A program made the translations under genes and the position numbers. From Chara braunii (Eukaryota; Plantae; Charophyceae), in the NCBI GenBank assembly GCA_003427395.1, contig BFEA01000037.1, positions 4,610,666 to 4,674,665 on the forward strand: 64,000 nt of DNA. The letters run 5' to 3'. The notes beneath the pieces were generated by a model. It was not told where the DNA came from, did not search any database, and saw only the letters and a program-made list of their open reading frames with translations. Within the stretch, counting starts at the first letter, position 1; every line of letters starts with the position of its first letter. Positions 50,701 through 64,000 of this stretch are shown in pieces.

Positions 50701-53041
50701 TATTTGCTCACTCTCACATGCAGTCCCTCTTGTCGCAGCATGGCGGTACCTCAGACAGTCTTCGCAAGCTATGCCAAGCAGAGGGCCCTCTACACCAAAA
50801 ACCATGAATCGTACCTTGGCTTACGCCTAGTCCCACCGAAGCTTCTCCAATCTCTACACGGAACTGTTGACATCATCGGCAATGCCACACAGGGAGCAAC
50901 CTTTCTCTCATATCGTGCTTTACATGTCCTCTTAGCCTCCTCTCCTTCCCTTGTAACCACCCGCTCGTTTAGGAGGAAAAGTTGCAGTGATCACAGTCAG
51001 TTCACACACAAGAAAGTGTGTATCATGATTGCTATGGAGGAGGTCATAATTACCTAAGTAGAGAGCACCATCTCAGGATGCCAGTCAGGACAGGCGAGCG
51101 CCCGTATATCAAAACAAGTTTAAACTCTGCTCAAGCTCCTTTCTCTTGGTTTGCTCATAGAAGACCAGTGTCATCAGTCCGTCGTCCAAACATCGACTAC
51201 TCGCCCAGTTGCGTCCGCTCACTTCTCTCTAGCAACCTTCTTCTTTTTCTCTCGTAACCACTCACTCTTTTCGTTCTTCCACGCTCTCGAGTTGACCTCT
51301 CACCACACGAGTCTAACGGTTCTGGTCCCTTTTTCTTCTCGAGTTGACCTCGGGACCACTCTCTCCTGGCGCGGACCGCGGGTGGTCCCTCCTCCACTGG
51401 TCTAGTCCATGCCACGACAGGGTCCCTGCATCACTCATCTCACTCTCTCCCCCAGACTCCCTGTCCAGGTGAGCCTGCTCTCGGTCCACCGTATCTTTAC
51501 AGGTCTCTGCCTCATGGTAGGTCACGGTTACCCGCATTTCCGCAATCACGTCGTCCGTTCTGCAGCGTCTCTTCGCGCGGTCCTTAGCCTCAGTAATAGC
51601 TGCTTGTAACTTTGAGTTAGCTCTCATTTCCTCCTCTCTTGCTTCTTCTACGTTAATTTTTAGCTTAACTTCATCGCCCCCGTCATAGTTGAGCATTACG
51701 GTAATCCAAGGCCCTTCCCCAGACATCGGCTTCCAACGAGTCAGAAGGTTCCAACAGTCTGGTCTATAGTTATGCAGAGTCATAGCAAGACGTCACTCAA
51801 TAGACTCAGTACCATCCCAGGCCACTAACTCAAAATAGTGCGTGCTAGAGAGCTCACAGTGTAGGCAAAATGTCGTCGAATGGCAAGTTGTGAGCAGCGA
51901 CTTGACTCTCAGAGCGTGGAGAGCACGTCTGACACTCACTAACAAGGCGATAACCAGTGACTCAACCTCCCCTTTTTTCATAGAACCACCAGTTATCGTG
52001 ATCCCTGCGTTCTGAACGAGGGACCAGACTCAAATGACATTTGAATTTTTATATTTTATTAACTGTATTTTTTTTTTGAAGAATAACAAACAAGTAGAAT
52101 AAAAGGAAAGGATTGAAGGTTGAACCCCAACGGTCACATTATGAGTGGAACTCTCTGGAGTCCATCGCAGCCCCTCTATTTTGTGACGTGACGTTTTTGT
52201 TTGCGGGGCAGTCCCATTATGGAATATTGCCCGACACTTCACTTACCTCATAAGGAACTTACGAGCTACCACCAACGGGTACCCGTATCCGATAGTAAGG
52301 AGGGGGCCTATGACCTTCCACCGGGGTGAGAGGCTTCCTACAGAAGTGGCCACGGGTTACCCCTCTTTTGGGGTCTCATTGGGCGGCGCTCAACCAAACA
52401 GGTCATCCACGGTGCATCACTTGAAGGGTCAGGTTAGTCTAGACCACCGAACTTCAATCGAGTTAGAGAATGAAACGTTTGTTCCCCTTCCTGCGAAGTG
52501 ATAGAAGAGAGGGAATAATAATAAAAAATCAAAGGTAAAGAAAGAAGGAATAAAAATGCAATAAGAAAAGATTCGTGCCACCACTAGATATTTCCGATTA
52601 ACTAAACCATAATTCGATAAATGCATTTTTAGTCTTCTTTTTTTCCTTCTTTTTATTTTCTTTTAATGAGTTTTCCTCTAGTAACCGTCGCTTCCGCACC
52701 TACCCCAGAACACGACTATAGGGGTCCAACGTGTAGTTGAGAAAAACATATCGACTATCACTATCCCACTTCTACACTATCCGGATAATGACCATCGGGG
52801 CCCAATGTGCGACTAACCCTGCTACCCCTTTTCTATCACGCTAGGCAACCTCGACGGTCACTTCAACTACGGGGCAACACACCGTAAGGCAGGATACCGA
52901 ACATGTGCGGTTCCACTGGAAAACTCAGTATCTGGGCCTGTCAGTTCCACACGACCTTGCGGTCTCGCACCAGGCTTACAACGGTAAGTGAGCGGACGGA
53001 CTGGTACACAGTGGAGGGCCGGGACACCGCGCCCTCCGACA
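47800..53041 (-). repeat. Element 2 3' LTR (right end exact, left end approximate)
   Basis: Ends ...accgcgccctccgaca as in element 1; clear similarity to the element 1 LTR over ~51200-52500, weak beyond; no TG terminus identified on the left. Confidence 0.6.
51313..51981 (-). pseudogene. ORF-L1 orthologue in the element 2 LTR (one in-frame stop)
   Basis: ORFs 51793-51981 and 51313-51783 share a frame; VRRALHALRV...WKPMSGEG...LKINV...TEAKDRAKRRCR...VTVTYHE. Confidence 0.72.
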
Positions 53042-53364
53042 TAATACCAAACCCCCGCACAGTGTCCCCGCTGGGCCAAAATGACATTAACAATTAATAT
53101 AAAACAACAAGAGTCAGTTGTGCACTCACTCATTTTCATTGTGACTTGCAATGAAGTTCGCACTGTAACTTTCCACTAACTGGTTTCCCAAACCCACAAC
53201 GCAACGTCTTCTTTCTTGTTCTCTTTGCGACACGCATCACTTTATGCATGACCTGTGTATTAACTCTCCTCCCTCTTCTCCTAATAATTCAGTCTTCTCG
53301 TTCTCAAGCCTTCTTTTAATCTATATCTTGTCGCAACGTACCTCTTTCTCCTTCTTCTCACACC

Positions 53365-53770
53365 ACACCTGAGGTACGTAGAGGACAGAGAAGAGGGAGA
53401 GGTGATAGAGGAGGGAAGGCACGCGAAGAACCGCCAGCTCGTGCACGACGAGAGTTCAGTTCGGAGGAGGAGGAGGAGAAGGATGTGTGGGGATATGGTT
53501 CTCATACGAGACCATTTCAGCGCCAGCCTTCCGTAGGTTGGTATGAGAGAACTTCATCCCCTACGAGGATGGAGTATTTTCAGAAAAAGTTTGAGGCGCG
53601 TTGTGGCGCACCCAACACCTCTTCTCCCTCTTACTCACCCAGGGCTCCCACCACTCCAGTGGCAAGCAGAGCCTTAACACCTCTTCTCCCTCTTACTCAC
53701 CCAGGGCTCCCACCACTCCAGTGGCAAGCAGAGCCTTAGTACCTACAGTGCCTCCTCCTATACCATGCAT
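53365..53770 (+). pseudogene. Antisense ORF orthologue in element 2
   Basis: GQRRGRGDRGGKAREEPPARARREFSSEEEEEKDVWGYGSH...GWYERTSSPTRMEYFQKKFEARCGAPNTSSPSYSPRAPTTPVASRAL; start codon mutated; frameshifting 62-bp duplication at 53614-53737. Confidence 0.62.
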
Positions 53771-55899
53771 AACTCCTCCTCTTACCTCGTTCAATAGCTT
53801 CTCCCTCTTCTGCATTTTCTTCCTTTTTTCTTTGCTTCAGATGAAATTCATGATCATCCTTTATCTTTTATATAAACACGATATCCTTTCTTTGAACTTC
53901 TGAGTCTTTTGTCTTTCTTGACTTTTCAGTCTATTCCCTAGTGTCCTTGGCTTAAGAGTTTGAATACCTTGAGGTCGAGGATGCAGGTTTCTTGTGAACC
54001 AAGCCGCTTGTCGGCCACCAAATAAATTTAAGAAGGATTTCTCATTTGCTGTTGGTATGACTTGCCGCTGAACTCTTTCAGTGAAAAGGTTACCTTGGCA
54101 TGACTTGCCGCTGAACTCTTTCAGCGAAAAGGTTACCTTGTTCCTTGTCTTTGACGGTGACGCCAGGGATGTTGTCCATGTGATATTAACGTCGAGGACA
54201 CTCATTATTTCTGTCATATCGGGGATAGGGTATACCAAACCTTTTCCCTGTTCTCTGGTCTGAGTGAGACGTCTTCTCAACTTCTCAAGCAACTCAGGGA
54301 ATACCAAACTCTGTTCTTTCTCTCTTGTCTGAGCGAGACACACTCTCACGTCTCAGACAAATGAAAGGGGCTACCAAACCCCTTTTCTTTTCTCTGCCTT
54401 TGAAGTTTTTGAAGTGTCTGTGTGATCCTGCAAAACAACAAGTCTCTCAGTCCCAACATACAGACTCCCTGACACACAGTCATCAATCAGTAATTAAATA
54501 AAAATAAATCAATATAGAAACCCATAGCAAAATAATAAATAAACATAAACAGTTCTTCACACCCAAGAGTTAGTGATTGCCTTGGTTTCGGCCTACCACT
54601 GACCAGGAATGACAGACCTCCCATCAGCCTGACATACCTGATTCGGACCGCCTCAGGCCAGGACCAGTCAGACCATTTGTCTTGACGACCCCTTTAACCT
54701 ACCTCTAGGTCAGAACGACCATACCCACTACTTGAGTATGATGACCCTTTGGCACTCTCACCAGGACACCGAGATTATAGCGGGTCTGGTCACCCTATGA
54801 CGGTAGACCTCTTGTCAGCCTAACTGTCCCGTATCCGGATTTGACCACTGTGGTTGGGGGCTGGCTCACCCACCAGTTTTTTGCCAAGGGCGCTGGCTGC
54901 CCCGCCCAAATTTTTGAACGTGGGACCCGGTCTAACCACGGTTTCAGGCTCTGGCAAACCTCACTGGATTGCATCCTCTGCCTGCGGTAGGGTTCTAGCT
55001 GACCCCTTTCGACCTCACAGGCCAGACCCCCGGAGTCTTTAGCCTCAGTCAACTACGGAATTCGACACTCGCGTTGGGAACCTGCTGACCCCACCAGATT
55101 GCAACCTACTGCGGTAAGGCTCTGACTAGCCCCGACAATCAATCCATCTTGAGGTTTGAGAAGATCCCAGGTACAGACAGTCAAGCAAACATCGCACACA
55201 CAGTTAGACAACTGATGCCCTAGATAACAAAACAAACATTTATCAAAAGACGTCCATTCGGTCTCAAGAGGCACTAAACAACAACAAATGACAGTCGATA
55301 ATGCATTTCTCAGAAACCTCCCTTCGGTCCCAGGAAATACAAAGTGTTCATCCCAGAGTCTCACCCCTCATCTGAAACAGAAAATAGGCAACATAGTCAA
55401 GAAACACGAAATCCCCATGCCGACAACTCTCTGGTCAAGCAAGACTAAACTTCTTTATGCCTATCTTCTTGATAGCTCTCTTGGACAAACAACTTAGTCA
55501 AAAGACACGAAGTCTCTCCACTAACAACTCTAGTCAGGTAGAGTTGAACTTCTTTTATGCCCGTCAGATTTTATCCTCATCATGAGATCAACACTGGTTA
55601 CTCTTGTATCACAGCCACGAGTTCTCCGAACTTAATATCACTGCAACTGCACTTTACAGTTACTCCCCACTCAGAGATCTGATGCTCAAGGATCGACTGC
55701 GGCTCAGCATTCATGACATTTTGATCTCATTGATTCCATCACTTCTAGGAAGTAATAAAATCAGTTCAGATGCAGAAATAAATACAGATCGTCTGAAAGA
55801 TCTCTCTCAAGTCCTTTGTAACAAAATCTGTCATGCTGAAAATTGACACACTGACTTGACAATGCAAGAATAGTCAAAATTATGTTGAAGTTCTTGTCT

Positions 55900-58800
55900 T
55901 TGGTGTACCTCTCTGCCTATTCATACTTTTCTCAGTTCTTTGGAGCATCTCTCTTACTGGGTGGCTGATTCTTCTTTCCTTTTTTTGAGGTCATTGTAGG
56001 GACCAAGTCAGGGTCTTTAAAGATAAACTTGCGAAGTCTTGACCCTGATACCATATCATGAACTCTTGAGCCATGCATCTCAAATATCTCATAGACTTTG
56101 TCGTCTGCTTCAACTGTAATTTTGTAGGGACCGAGTCATCTAAGCTGCAATGGTTTAGTCCACTGAGTCTGAAGGGAACGGTCAAATAGGAGGACAACGT
56201 CACCAACTTTTAATTTCTGTTTCCTTATATATCTCTTCTTATTCCATCTCTCTTGATTCTGCTGGTTGTCATTCTCTCTGCAGCATCCATTACTGTTTAA
56301 TCAACCTCTGATATCTGCCTCATTCGAATATGAAGAAGCTCTGAGATAAAATATTCTTTGTCACTCTCTTAACTCGACTAAGTCTTGATTATAATCTCAA
56401 TAAGTAAAGTAGCATATCGGTCATACCACAGAGTGAATGAAGCATAACCAGTAGTTCTCTTGACAGTAATGTTGTCAGCGTAAATTGCAACTCTTAATAC
56501 TTTTGACCAGTTTCTAAGGTTCCCTTCACACTATTTAGTCAACGAATATTTCAGTGTTCTATGACCCCTCTCAACTGACGCATTTGTTTGAGGAGGATAA
56601 GTAGTTACATACTGGATTCTGACACCCAGTCCGAGAGTGGTTCTTCTTACAATCTCATTTATGAATTCAGACCCTCTGTCTGAGACAAACTCTCTGATGA
56701 AGGGATATCTGAGAAAGATTTCCTCTATCCAATCAACCACATGTTTGGTTGTCTTCCTCCTCAGAGCCTTTACCTCGACATACCCAGAAAATTTTCTCTT
56801 ATATTCAATATGTATCTCATCCCGCCCTTGCCTAATGGCATGGTGATGAGATTCAGGTGAACTCGACTGCCTGGCTCTACCAGGATAGTAGGAAACAAGA
56901 GTTCAATCATCCTCGTTGTAGATCTCTTCTGACATAATACACATGACTTACAAAATTTGTAAATCATGTCTCTCATGCCAGGCCAGAAGTAAAATTTAAT
57001 TGTCTTAGAGTAGGTTGCTTCTGCAGCTCTATGACCACCTGCAACCCCTTCATGTAAAACAACAATTATTTCCAGTTGTTTTTCTTTTCCACAGACCACT
57101 CTTAATGAGGGTAATCCTCTCTTTCCATCCACGAAAAGGTGACCTCGCTTTAGCCTGAACTTCTTTTTTGAACCTTTGCAGTAATACTCCTTTAGCCGTT
57201 TTTTTTTCATCTTTTTTCCGATCTCTTGGTAACTTTCATCATATTCCTAAAAAATTAAAGAAATATTTTCTCCTTTCTTTTCAGTTTCTTCCTCATTCTT
57301 TGACCAAGAACTTTCCCCCAGCTCATGGGCAGTTACGGCTGCTGCATTAATTTTTGCGTACCAATCGTTTTGTTTTTGCTCTTCTTCATTTTCAAGGACT
57401 AATTCATAGACATAGGTATCAGGGATTTCTCCTCAGTTGTCTCTTTTTTTAGGCCATAAGCTCCACTTATAGGAATTTGGAGCCTTACAGTCTTCATCAC
57501 CTTCTTTATTCAGGAAGTTATCTACATAAGCAGATTCTTCAATTGTCCCAACAACATTTTCATCTTGTTATTTTCTCCATTCAATTTTGCTTAGGCCATC
57601 CGCCCGATTTTTCTCTGTAGGAATTTTTTCTAACTTGAAATCGAAAATTCAAATGAAGGCAACCCACCTGCTTACTGTTGGATCCATCTGTTGGTGCTTC
57701 TTAATAGCACCAATCACAACAGATGCATCAGTTATCAGGATGAATCTCATTCCAAGTACATAGTATCTGAAACACCTAAGGCAATGGATGATTGACAATA
57801 ACTCTTTTTTAAATTGGGTGTTGCCTCTTTCTGTAGAATTAAGAGTTTTACTCTCATATCTCAGAGGTCTCTTTATTCCATTCCCATCTTTATGAATAAA
57901 TACACCACCAAGAACTACTCGTCCCTCATCTGCCTCGATGATGAAGGGTCTTCCCTCCTCTTCATCATAAAACGGCACCCTCAACATTACTTCCCCATCT
58001 TTTTACTTTTCTTATGAAGTTTCTGCAACAATCTGTCTTTTCTCAGTCCAAGATAAGTCAGCCCCTTGTCTCACCCTCTCCCTTAAAGGTTCTGCAAGGG
58101 TAGCAAAATGAGAAATGAAAATCCTCCATAACCCACAGACACCCAATAAGCTTCTGACGCCTGTCACCCACTTGAGAGGCAGAGACCAATTCAAAATTTT
58201 GTCTATCTTTTTGGGGTGTGGGCTCCTACCCTTGGAGAAACATCTAAAGCCTTGGATAGTCACTTCTGCTTGAAAGATAAGGGACTTTGGCCCACTGGCA
58301 GTCATGTTACATTTTTGAAGTCTCTCTAGGACCATCTTTACCCCTTCCGCATGTTCCTAGACAAATTTTCTGACCCCATCCGCAACCAAAGTCTCATCTC
58401 TTACTATAAGTCCTTTCATAGGATTATCATCAATATAAGGGTTGATTATCTCAGGCGAGATGCCCTGATACCTTGGATCATATCCCTTTGAACCACTGTC
58501 ACACCATTGGTCGAACCTTGAGGTACCACGCACATTTGAATGAGGCCCCCCGGCTTGTGCATGACAGTCATTGACCGGCTAGTGGGATCAATGCGAAACT
58601 GATCATACCCAGAATATAAATCAATTAAGGAATAAATGCATCGATCAACAAAGGATTCAGAAATGAGATCAACATTAGGGAGGCTACGTGCATCATGTAC
58701 CCTTACTAAGTTGAGCTTCTGAAGATTGTGTATCTATCTCAATCCGCCCTCTGGTTTCCAAAAGCAAAACCAATGGTTAGCATACGGTCCATCAATAGGT

Positions 58801-60057
58801 TCAACAACGTTAGATGCAATTTTCTTATCAAGATACTTTACCACTTCTGCTTCTTCTTTCAGGGCATACTTAGTTGGCGTGTCATTCCACGGAATATGAT
58901 CAACTGTCCATATTTTGTCATCTTGATCATATCCACATCCAACCGCCTTCTTTCTTCATCATTGAAAGAGAACGCACCAGAGAACTTCTGACGCACTTTG
59001 AAGATATACTCCTTCTTTTTATATAGGATAAATTGATATGAGTCTATCTTCATCGTGTCAAAACTTTCCCTGGTGACTCTATTCCCCAAGTTTGTAGATT
59101 TCCTTAATGCTTTGATAATTCTCCTTTCTTTTTCTAGTGCCTCGTCATAATCATTTTCTATTAGGATTGTCTATGAGTTCTTCTTTACCCCCTTGGGCTT
59201 GTATTTCCTTTTCGACCCAGTGAATATTTTCCTAAAAAATGATGAGTTGATGCAAACTTTAATTCCATTTTTTCACCCTTGGCAATCTTAACAACCTTCT
59301 TAAATGCTTCAATCTGTCCATCTTCATCTTTGAGTTTGTCAAGAACTTTCATCATCTTTGATATCTGATTGATATCGACTGAAACTTCTTCTTCAACTTC
59401 TTGCTTTTTTTTTCCCTTCAATTTTCTTATCTTCTCAACAGACTTTTCCCTTGTAATCGAGTTGGCTGACACTTTATGCTTGTGATGATGAGAGGTGCAG
59501 ACCATAAAGGTCTGTTCCTGTGCAGTCTCCGAATCTTGTAAGTCAATCCAGAACGACCCTTCATGACAAAAAAATTGAACCGCTTTCATCCTGTGTAAGA
59601 ACGGAGTGCCCAGAATACAATCATGGTTTAGGTCTGGTACCATGAACGACAATAGTTCGACCGACATCATCCCAACCCTAATAGGCAAGTTGTCAATAAA
59701 CCCTACCACGAAGAGTTCTCCAGCAATATTACTTAGTATTTGTTTCGAGGGCTTATCAATGGTCAGGTCACAAACTTTCATTTCCTTCTGAGAGATAAGT
59801 ATCATTTCCGCCCTAGAGTCCACTAAGGCTCGAATTTTCGCTTGATTAATGTAGATAGTTATATACCCATAGCCTATAGTCGCGAATCCCAGTTTATATC
59901 CTGGTAAGGTTCTATTAACTTGACTGGGGAAAACTGACCCCAGATAATTAACTTCAATTCTTTTATTTTCAATCAGTTTCTTCAGTTCCTCTCTCAACTT
60001 AAGTGCTAATATCATTATCTCTTTGAAAGACAAAGTCACTTCCGTTTCTTTTAACAT
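55900..60057 (-). pseudogene. pol: Element 2 pol (PR-RT-RNaseH-INT), disrupted
   Basis: ALVDSRAEM; INPYIDDNP; FIIEAD...RPLRYESKTLNSTER; LHEGVAGGH...CKSCVLCQKR (HHCC); FVSDRGSEF; PQTNASVERGH. Confidence 0.93.
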
Positions 60058-61816
60058 CTTAGTAATTACATCCGTAATTACAGTTTCATCCTTCTACTCA
60101 CTCTTGAGAATGAATTTTATTTTATTCCCTTGCTCACTTTTTTTAGATACAGGTTCTGATTCTTGATCATCAAAAATGTCAATTAGAGTCTCTCCGGCCT
60201 TCATTCTCTTCTTTTCCTCTACCATTTGTGGAGTAAGGCGTGCTTGAAGATTCCTCACTTCTCCTATTACTGCACTGGGTTCCATGATGAGTTCTGGTGG
60301 TAAATCACCCTCAAAAGACATCATGTTGACCGAACTGGTAGACTTGCTAGAAGAAATTGTCTCTAACTCAGAAGGAATCTGAGAAGCGAAGCTCTCTCCT
60401 AACAAAAGCTCGCTTGAGGATGCCTCATCGAGCATATCTTCCATTAAAGTTAGAGACTGTAGTGGTAAATCAATCAATGAAAATTGGTCATCGGTTTTCT
60501 GCACAAATTTCTCAGACAAGTAACCAATAAAAAATGTACATTCACATAAGTTTTCCTTTTCTTCTTTTTCTTCATATTCTCTTCATGTTTAAGGGCAAGA
60601 AGTCTCATACCTCCAGGATGCCTAGGATCCAATTTGTTTCATGAACTGTCACAAACATGGCTCATTGCATCATTTTTAGCTACCCCACTCTTCACATCCT
60701 CTTCCAAAGGCTTACAATAGGTGGTAGTGTGACCTTCTTCCCCACAATAATAGCAGACAAAATTTTTCCTAGGATCCAATTTGTTTCATGAACTGTCACA
60801 AACATGGCTCATTGCATAATTTTTAGCTACCCCACTCTTCTCATCCTCTTTCAAAGGCTTACAATAGGTGATAGTGTGACCTTCTTCCCCACAATAATAA
60901 CAGACAATTTTATTTTTTTTGTCGCCCGTCGTACTTTTTCTCTCTATTCTCTTTTCCACCATTTCCTTCATTCTTTCTGGATCTGGAAGAATCTCCTCTC
61001 TTACCATAGCCTTCATCATCATCCTCATCATCCTCATCATCTTCACTTTCTGCATTTTTCTTTCCTTTCCCGTCTGCAGCATGATTGACAGACATGTAAT
61101 TGACTATAACCCGGAGAATAATGTTTTCAGCACTAAGATTATTCTCTCTATTCATACAATTTTCAGTCATTCATTATTTGACCAATATGCTGATCTGATC
61201 CAATTACCATTTCGTGTAAGAAACCGTAGCTAGATTTGATTATTGCAACCATTTCATCCCGTCTGAGAGGGTAATATTGAGCTTGATTAAAAACAGTCTA
61301 CCTTTCATTGTCAGTGAAGTTAGTCAGAAAAATATAGCACCTCTGAGCTCCATCCAGATATGAAATTCTTCTTGTTGTTCTGGTAAATGTCTGGAGAAAA
61401 ACATTGAAAGTGCCATACTTAGTTCTTCTGATGTTGAGGAGATATTTGACAGTTGTTGGAACATAATCTTTCTCAAATTCTCTTTTCATTTTTTCTTTGA
61501 CCTCTTCCCAGGTAGTGGCCCCTTCCATCAATTTTTGAACAGCCAACCTCGAGTCAGTATCACAATAAGATAGACGATGCTTAATCCGTTGTTTATCTGT
61601 CCAACCATAACTCAGATCGAATAACTCATATTCATCCAAGAAATCATTTACTTGCAGCCCTCTGAAGCATGAAATCCTCTCATCTGGCCTCTTTGCTCTT
61701 GCGATATATGACCCTCCTTTTATTGTGTCAACTCTCTCGACCAGTTATCGTATAATTTCTACCAGAGTCTCTTCATTAGTTCCTGCAGAAGAGCTTGGTC
61801 TCCCTCGTCCAGCCAT
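60058..61816 (-). pseudogene. gag: Element 2 gag with duplicated CCHC knuckle
   Basis: MAGRGRP start at 61816; DEYELFDLSYGWTDKQ; CYYCGEEGHT(I/T)TYC twice. Confidence 0.85.
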
Positions 61817-62158
61817 TTTGACCATAAACTTTCTATGATACTCTCTTATCTCTCTTCCTGTCACTTTTGTCTTCCCCTTTCTCATTTTTCAATCTCTTAC
61901 TCTTCTTGCAAGAGATACAGGTTCGTTTCTCTCTTCCCTTGTTTGCTTTACCGCTTGAGAGTTTTTGACATAGAGAGTGTAGGCAATAATAGACTAAGTG
62001 GTGATAAAAGGCAACGCAATTTTTCTCAGTCTTCCAGTATAATCTTCAATCAATTCTTTTTCATCATTCCCACTCAATCTTTTGTTATTCCCTTTCACAA
62101 TACCCCGGATCATAAAGTATCGTGTCAAATCTATGATCTCATAGTCAAATTGCATTGC

Positions 62159-62449
62159 TTATGAACCACTGTTAATTCTTCTTGCAAAAGAAACTCGTTT
62201 TCTAGAAAAGTGGTATGATACTCTCTTAATAATTCTCACTTTCACCACTTTTAATAAATAGTTGATCTCAGTCTGGTCAATAACGGCCCTCAGGGAAGAA
62301 TCTCTCATCCGATCAAAGAAAGGTTGCAAGAACTCGAGCTCATTCAAAGTAGAGAGGTTTCTGTCTGAGATCCGTAGAGTTCCTTCTGTCTTGACTACTT
62401 TCCCTTCCAGCACAACTCCAAACGTTAGTTGTTCAACAGAGCCAAGCAT
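62159..62449 (-). CDS. Leader accessory ORF D of element 2 (intact, 96 aa, unknown)
   Basis: Open frame, orthologous to 21585-21875. Confidence 0.65.
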   Translation of the reverse strand: MLGSVEQLTFGVVLEGKVVKTEGTLRISDRNLSTLNELEFLQPFFDRMRDSSLRAVIDQTEINYLLKVVKVRIIKRVSYHFSRKRVSFARRINSGS

Positions 62450-62470
62450 TATCGATCATTATGAACAATG

Positions 62471-62971
62471 TCAAGAGAGGTAGATCTCTGGATGAACGTA
62501 ATAAGGGATCTCAAACTGATGCTCAAAAGTATTTAAGAGTAAGGATTTTATCATCATTGTGGAATCACTCTCCCTTGTGCTACCTATTACGACAATAGCC
62601 TCCAAGAGAGGCGACCAGTCTCTCCTGTCATCAACACCACCAGTACTTAAGAAACTAGGGAGCCTCTCAAATTGCCTTATTTCCTTTCCCCAAGTTACTT
62701 TTCTCTGCAGTTTTTCAATCCACTCTTTTGTTCTTATGAGACTGACATAAACTCCCATCCGACATTCCAAATAATCAGTTTCTCTCTCTAGGCGTGCTGG
62801 AGCGTATATTCTTACGTCCAAGCTGCCAGTGTTCATGAATTTTACTACTGGAATGTGAAATATTATTCGCCCTCTTATACAAGACTTATATCTCAGAATT
62901 ACAAAGGGATTATTAGACCATGTTACTTCATAAAATCTGCCTCTCACATCAGTTATCCTTGCTGCTGAGAG
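62471..62971 (-). CDS. Leader accessory ORF C of element 2 (open frame; ATG displaced by an insertion)
   Basis: FVILRYK...SLDVRIYAP...RDWSPLLE...EIYLS*, orthologous to 21897-22386. Confidence 0.65.
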   Translation of the reverse strand, partial: LSAARITDVRGRFYEVTWSNNPFVILRYKSCIRGRIIFHIPVVKFMNTGSLDVRIYAPARLERETDYLECRMGVYVSLIRTKEWIEKLQRKVTWGKEIRQFERLPSFLSTGGVDDRRDWSPLLEAIVVIGSTRESDSTMMIKSLLLNTFEHQFEIPYYVHPEIYLS

Positions 62972-63094
62972 GAGAGAAGGTTAACGGAGACCCTAATTTT
63001 CAGACCACTTGTCACGTCATTTATATGAAAACCAAAGGGAAATTTTATTCAAACTTGCCACCAATTCGTAGAGTGGAGACCATACTAACTAACT

Positions 63095-63150
<56 letters not shown>

Positions 63151-63297
63151 TTTATTACCATAATAGACTCCCGACGCGTGATCGGAGGGCTCAGGATGCT
63201 CACATTCCTGGCGCGTTTCCGCGGGTAGCGCACCGGTGCTCCTCAAGGGCAGCAAACCACACACCCAGCCATACGGCCCTTTTTTTTTTTTCCTTTT
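62972..63297. mobile_element. One end of a nested non-autonomous DNA transposon (runs into the gap)
   Basis: Homology to element 1 stops at 62971; insertion begins GAGAGAAGGTTAACGG, matching the terminus of the 8975-9957 element. Confidence 0.7.
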
Positions 63298-63707
63298 NNN
63301 NNNNNNNNNNNNNNNNNNNNNNNNNNNNNNNNNNNNNNNNNNNNNNNNNNNNNNNNNNNNNNNNNNNNNNNNNNNNNNNNNNNNNNNNNNNNNNNNNNNN
63401 NNNNNNNNNNNNNNNNNNNNNNNNNNNNNNNNNNNNNNNNNNNNNNNNNNNNNNNNNNNNNNNNNNNNNNNNNNNNNNNNNNNNNNNNNNNNNNNNNNNN
63501 NNNNNNNNNNNNNNNNNNNNNNNNNNNNNNNNNNNNNNNNNNNNNNNNNNNNNNNNNNNNNNNNNNNNNNNNNNNNNNNNNNNNNNNNNNNNNNNNNNNN
63601 NNNNNNNNNNNNNNNNNNNNNNNNNNNNNNNNNNNNNNNNNNNNNNNNNNNNNNNNNNNNNNNNNNNNNNNNNNNNNNNNNNNNNNNNNNNNNNNNNNNN
63701 NNNNNNN
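63298..63707. other. Assembly gap
   Basis: N run. Confidence 1.
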
Positions 63708-64000
63708 ACGATATCCTAGTAAAAGGTATGACGTAAGTACTCCAAGAGAAGCTCTCCCCTACTCGTTCAAGTCTTCTCTTTTCATCATGCACAACATCTG
63801 ATGCTCGTTGCCAACATCGACCACTTCTACACTCTTCAAACTTTCGTCGTGGCACGTAGATCTTAATATCAAACTCATAAAGGTCAAGAAAATAACAGGT
63901 AAGAACATACATACCATCAAGTTCCGATCCCAGATTCTTTAGTGCCTCATACCTCACGATTTCGTAAGGAATCACCGCTCTCCTTGTTATAGAATTAAGA
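63708..64000 (-). CDS. Leader accessory ORF B of element 2 (partial, open)
   Basis: IPYEIVRYEALKNLGSELDGMYVLTCYFLDLYEFDIKIYVPRRKFEECRSGRCWQRASDVVHDEKRRLER. Confidence 0.7.

Larger units (their letters stand above)
47800..64000 (-). mobile_element. Element 2: diverged relative of element 1; 5' part outside window, left boundary uncertain
   Basis: Colinear with element 1 from ORF B through gag-pol, the 3' region and LTR start (cgccctccgaca at 53041). Confidence 0.85.

Noticed and set aside
53614-54140. 62-bp (53614) and 43-bp (54057) near-perfect tandem duplications
   Set aside because: Not multiples of three and absent from element 1; consistent with post-insertion decay
62960-62990. Insertion landing exactly after the ORF C start codon
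   Set aside because: A single event with the other end hidden in the gap; cannot be distinguished from chance

Overview
Repeat-rich eukaryotic DNA with no recognisable intact host gene and two assembly gaps (32151-32765, 63298-63707). A plant-lineage genome is inferred; the tRNA-Asp PBS and integrase motifs recall charophyte/Chara-type elements, but this is unverified. The window is dominated by a family of giant, degenerate Ty3/gypsy LTR retrotransposons on the minus strand. Element 1 (4249-33440, ~29 kb; ~26.5 kb without nested insertions) has ~7.6-kb LTRs, a tRNA-Asp PBS and gag-PR-RT-RH-INT. A diverged relative, element 2, runs from ~47.8 kb off the right end of the window, and a fragment of a third gypsy family lies at ~44.5-47.8 kb. 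The most striking feature is the accessory gene content shared by elements 1 and 2. (i) Between PBS and gag lies an operon-like array of small ORFs, four of them paralogous, two joined by ATGA/TAATG stop-start overlaps. (ii) A protein-level conserved ORF sits inside the LTR just behind a TATA box. (iii) An antisense ORF with its own TATA box lies next to the 3' LTR. Several non-autonomous DNA transposons/MITEs are nested in or around these elements, one carrying a 136-bp palindromic satellite with flip/flop loops. All alignments and translations were done by eye.
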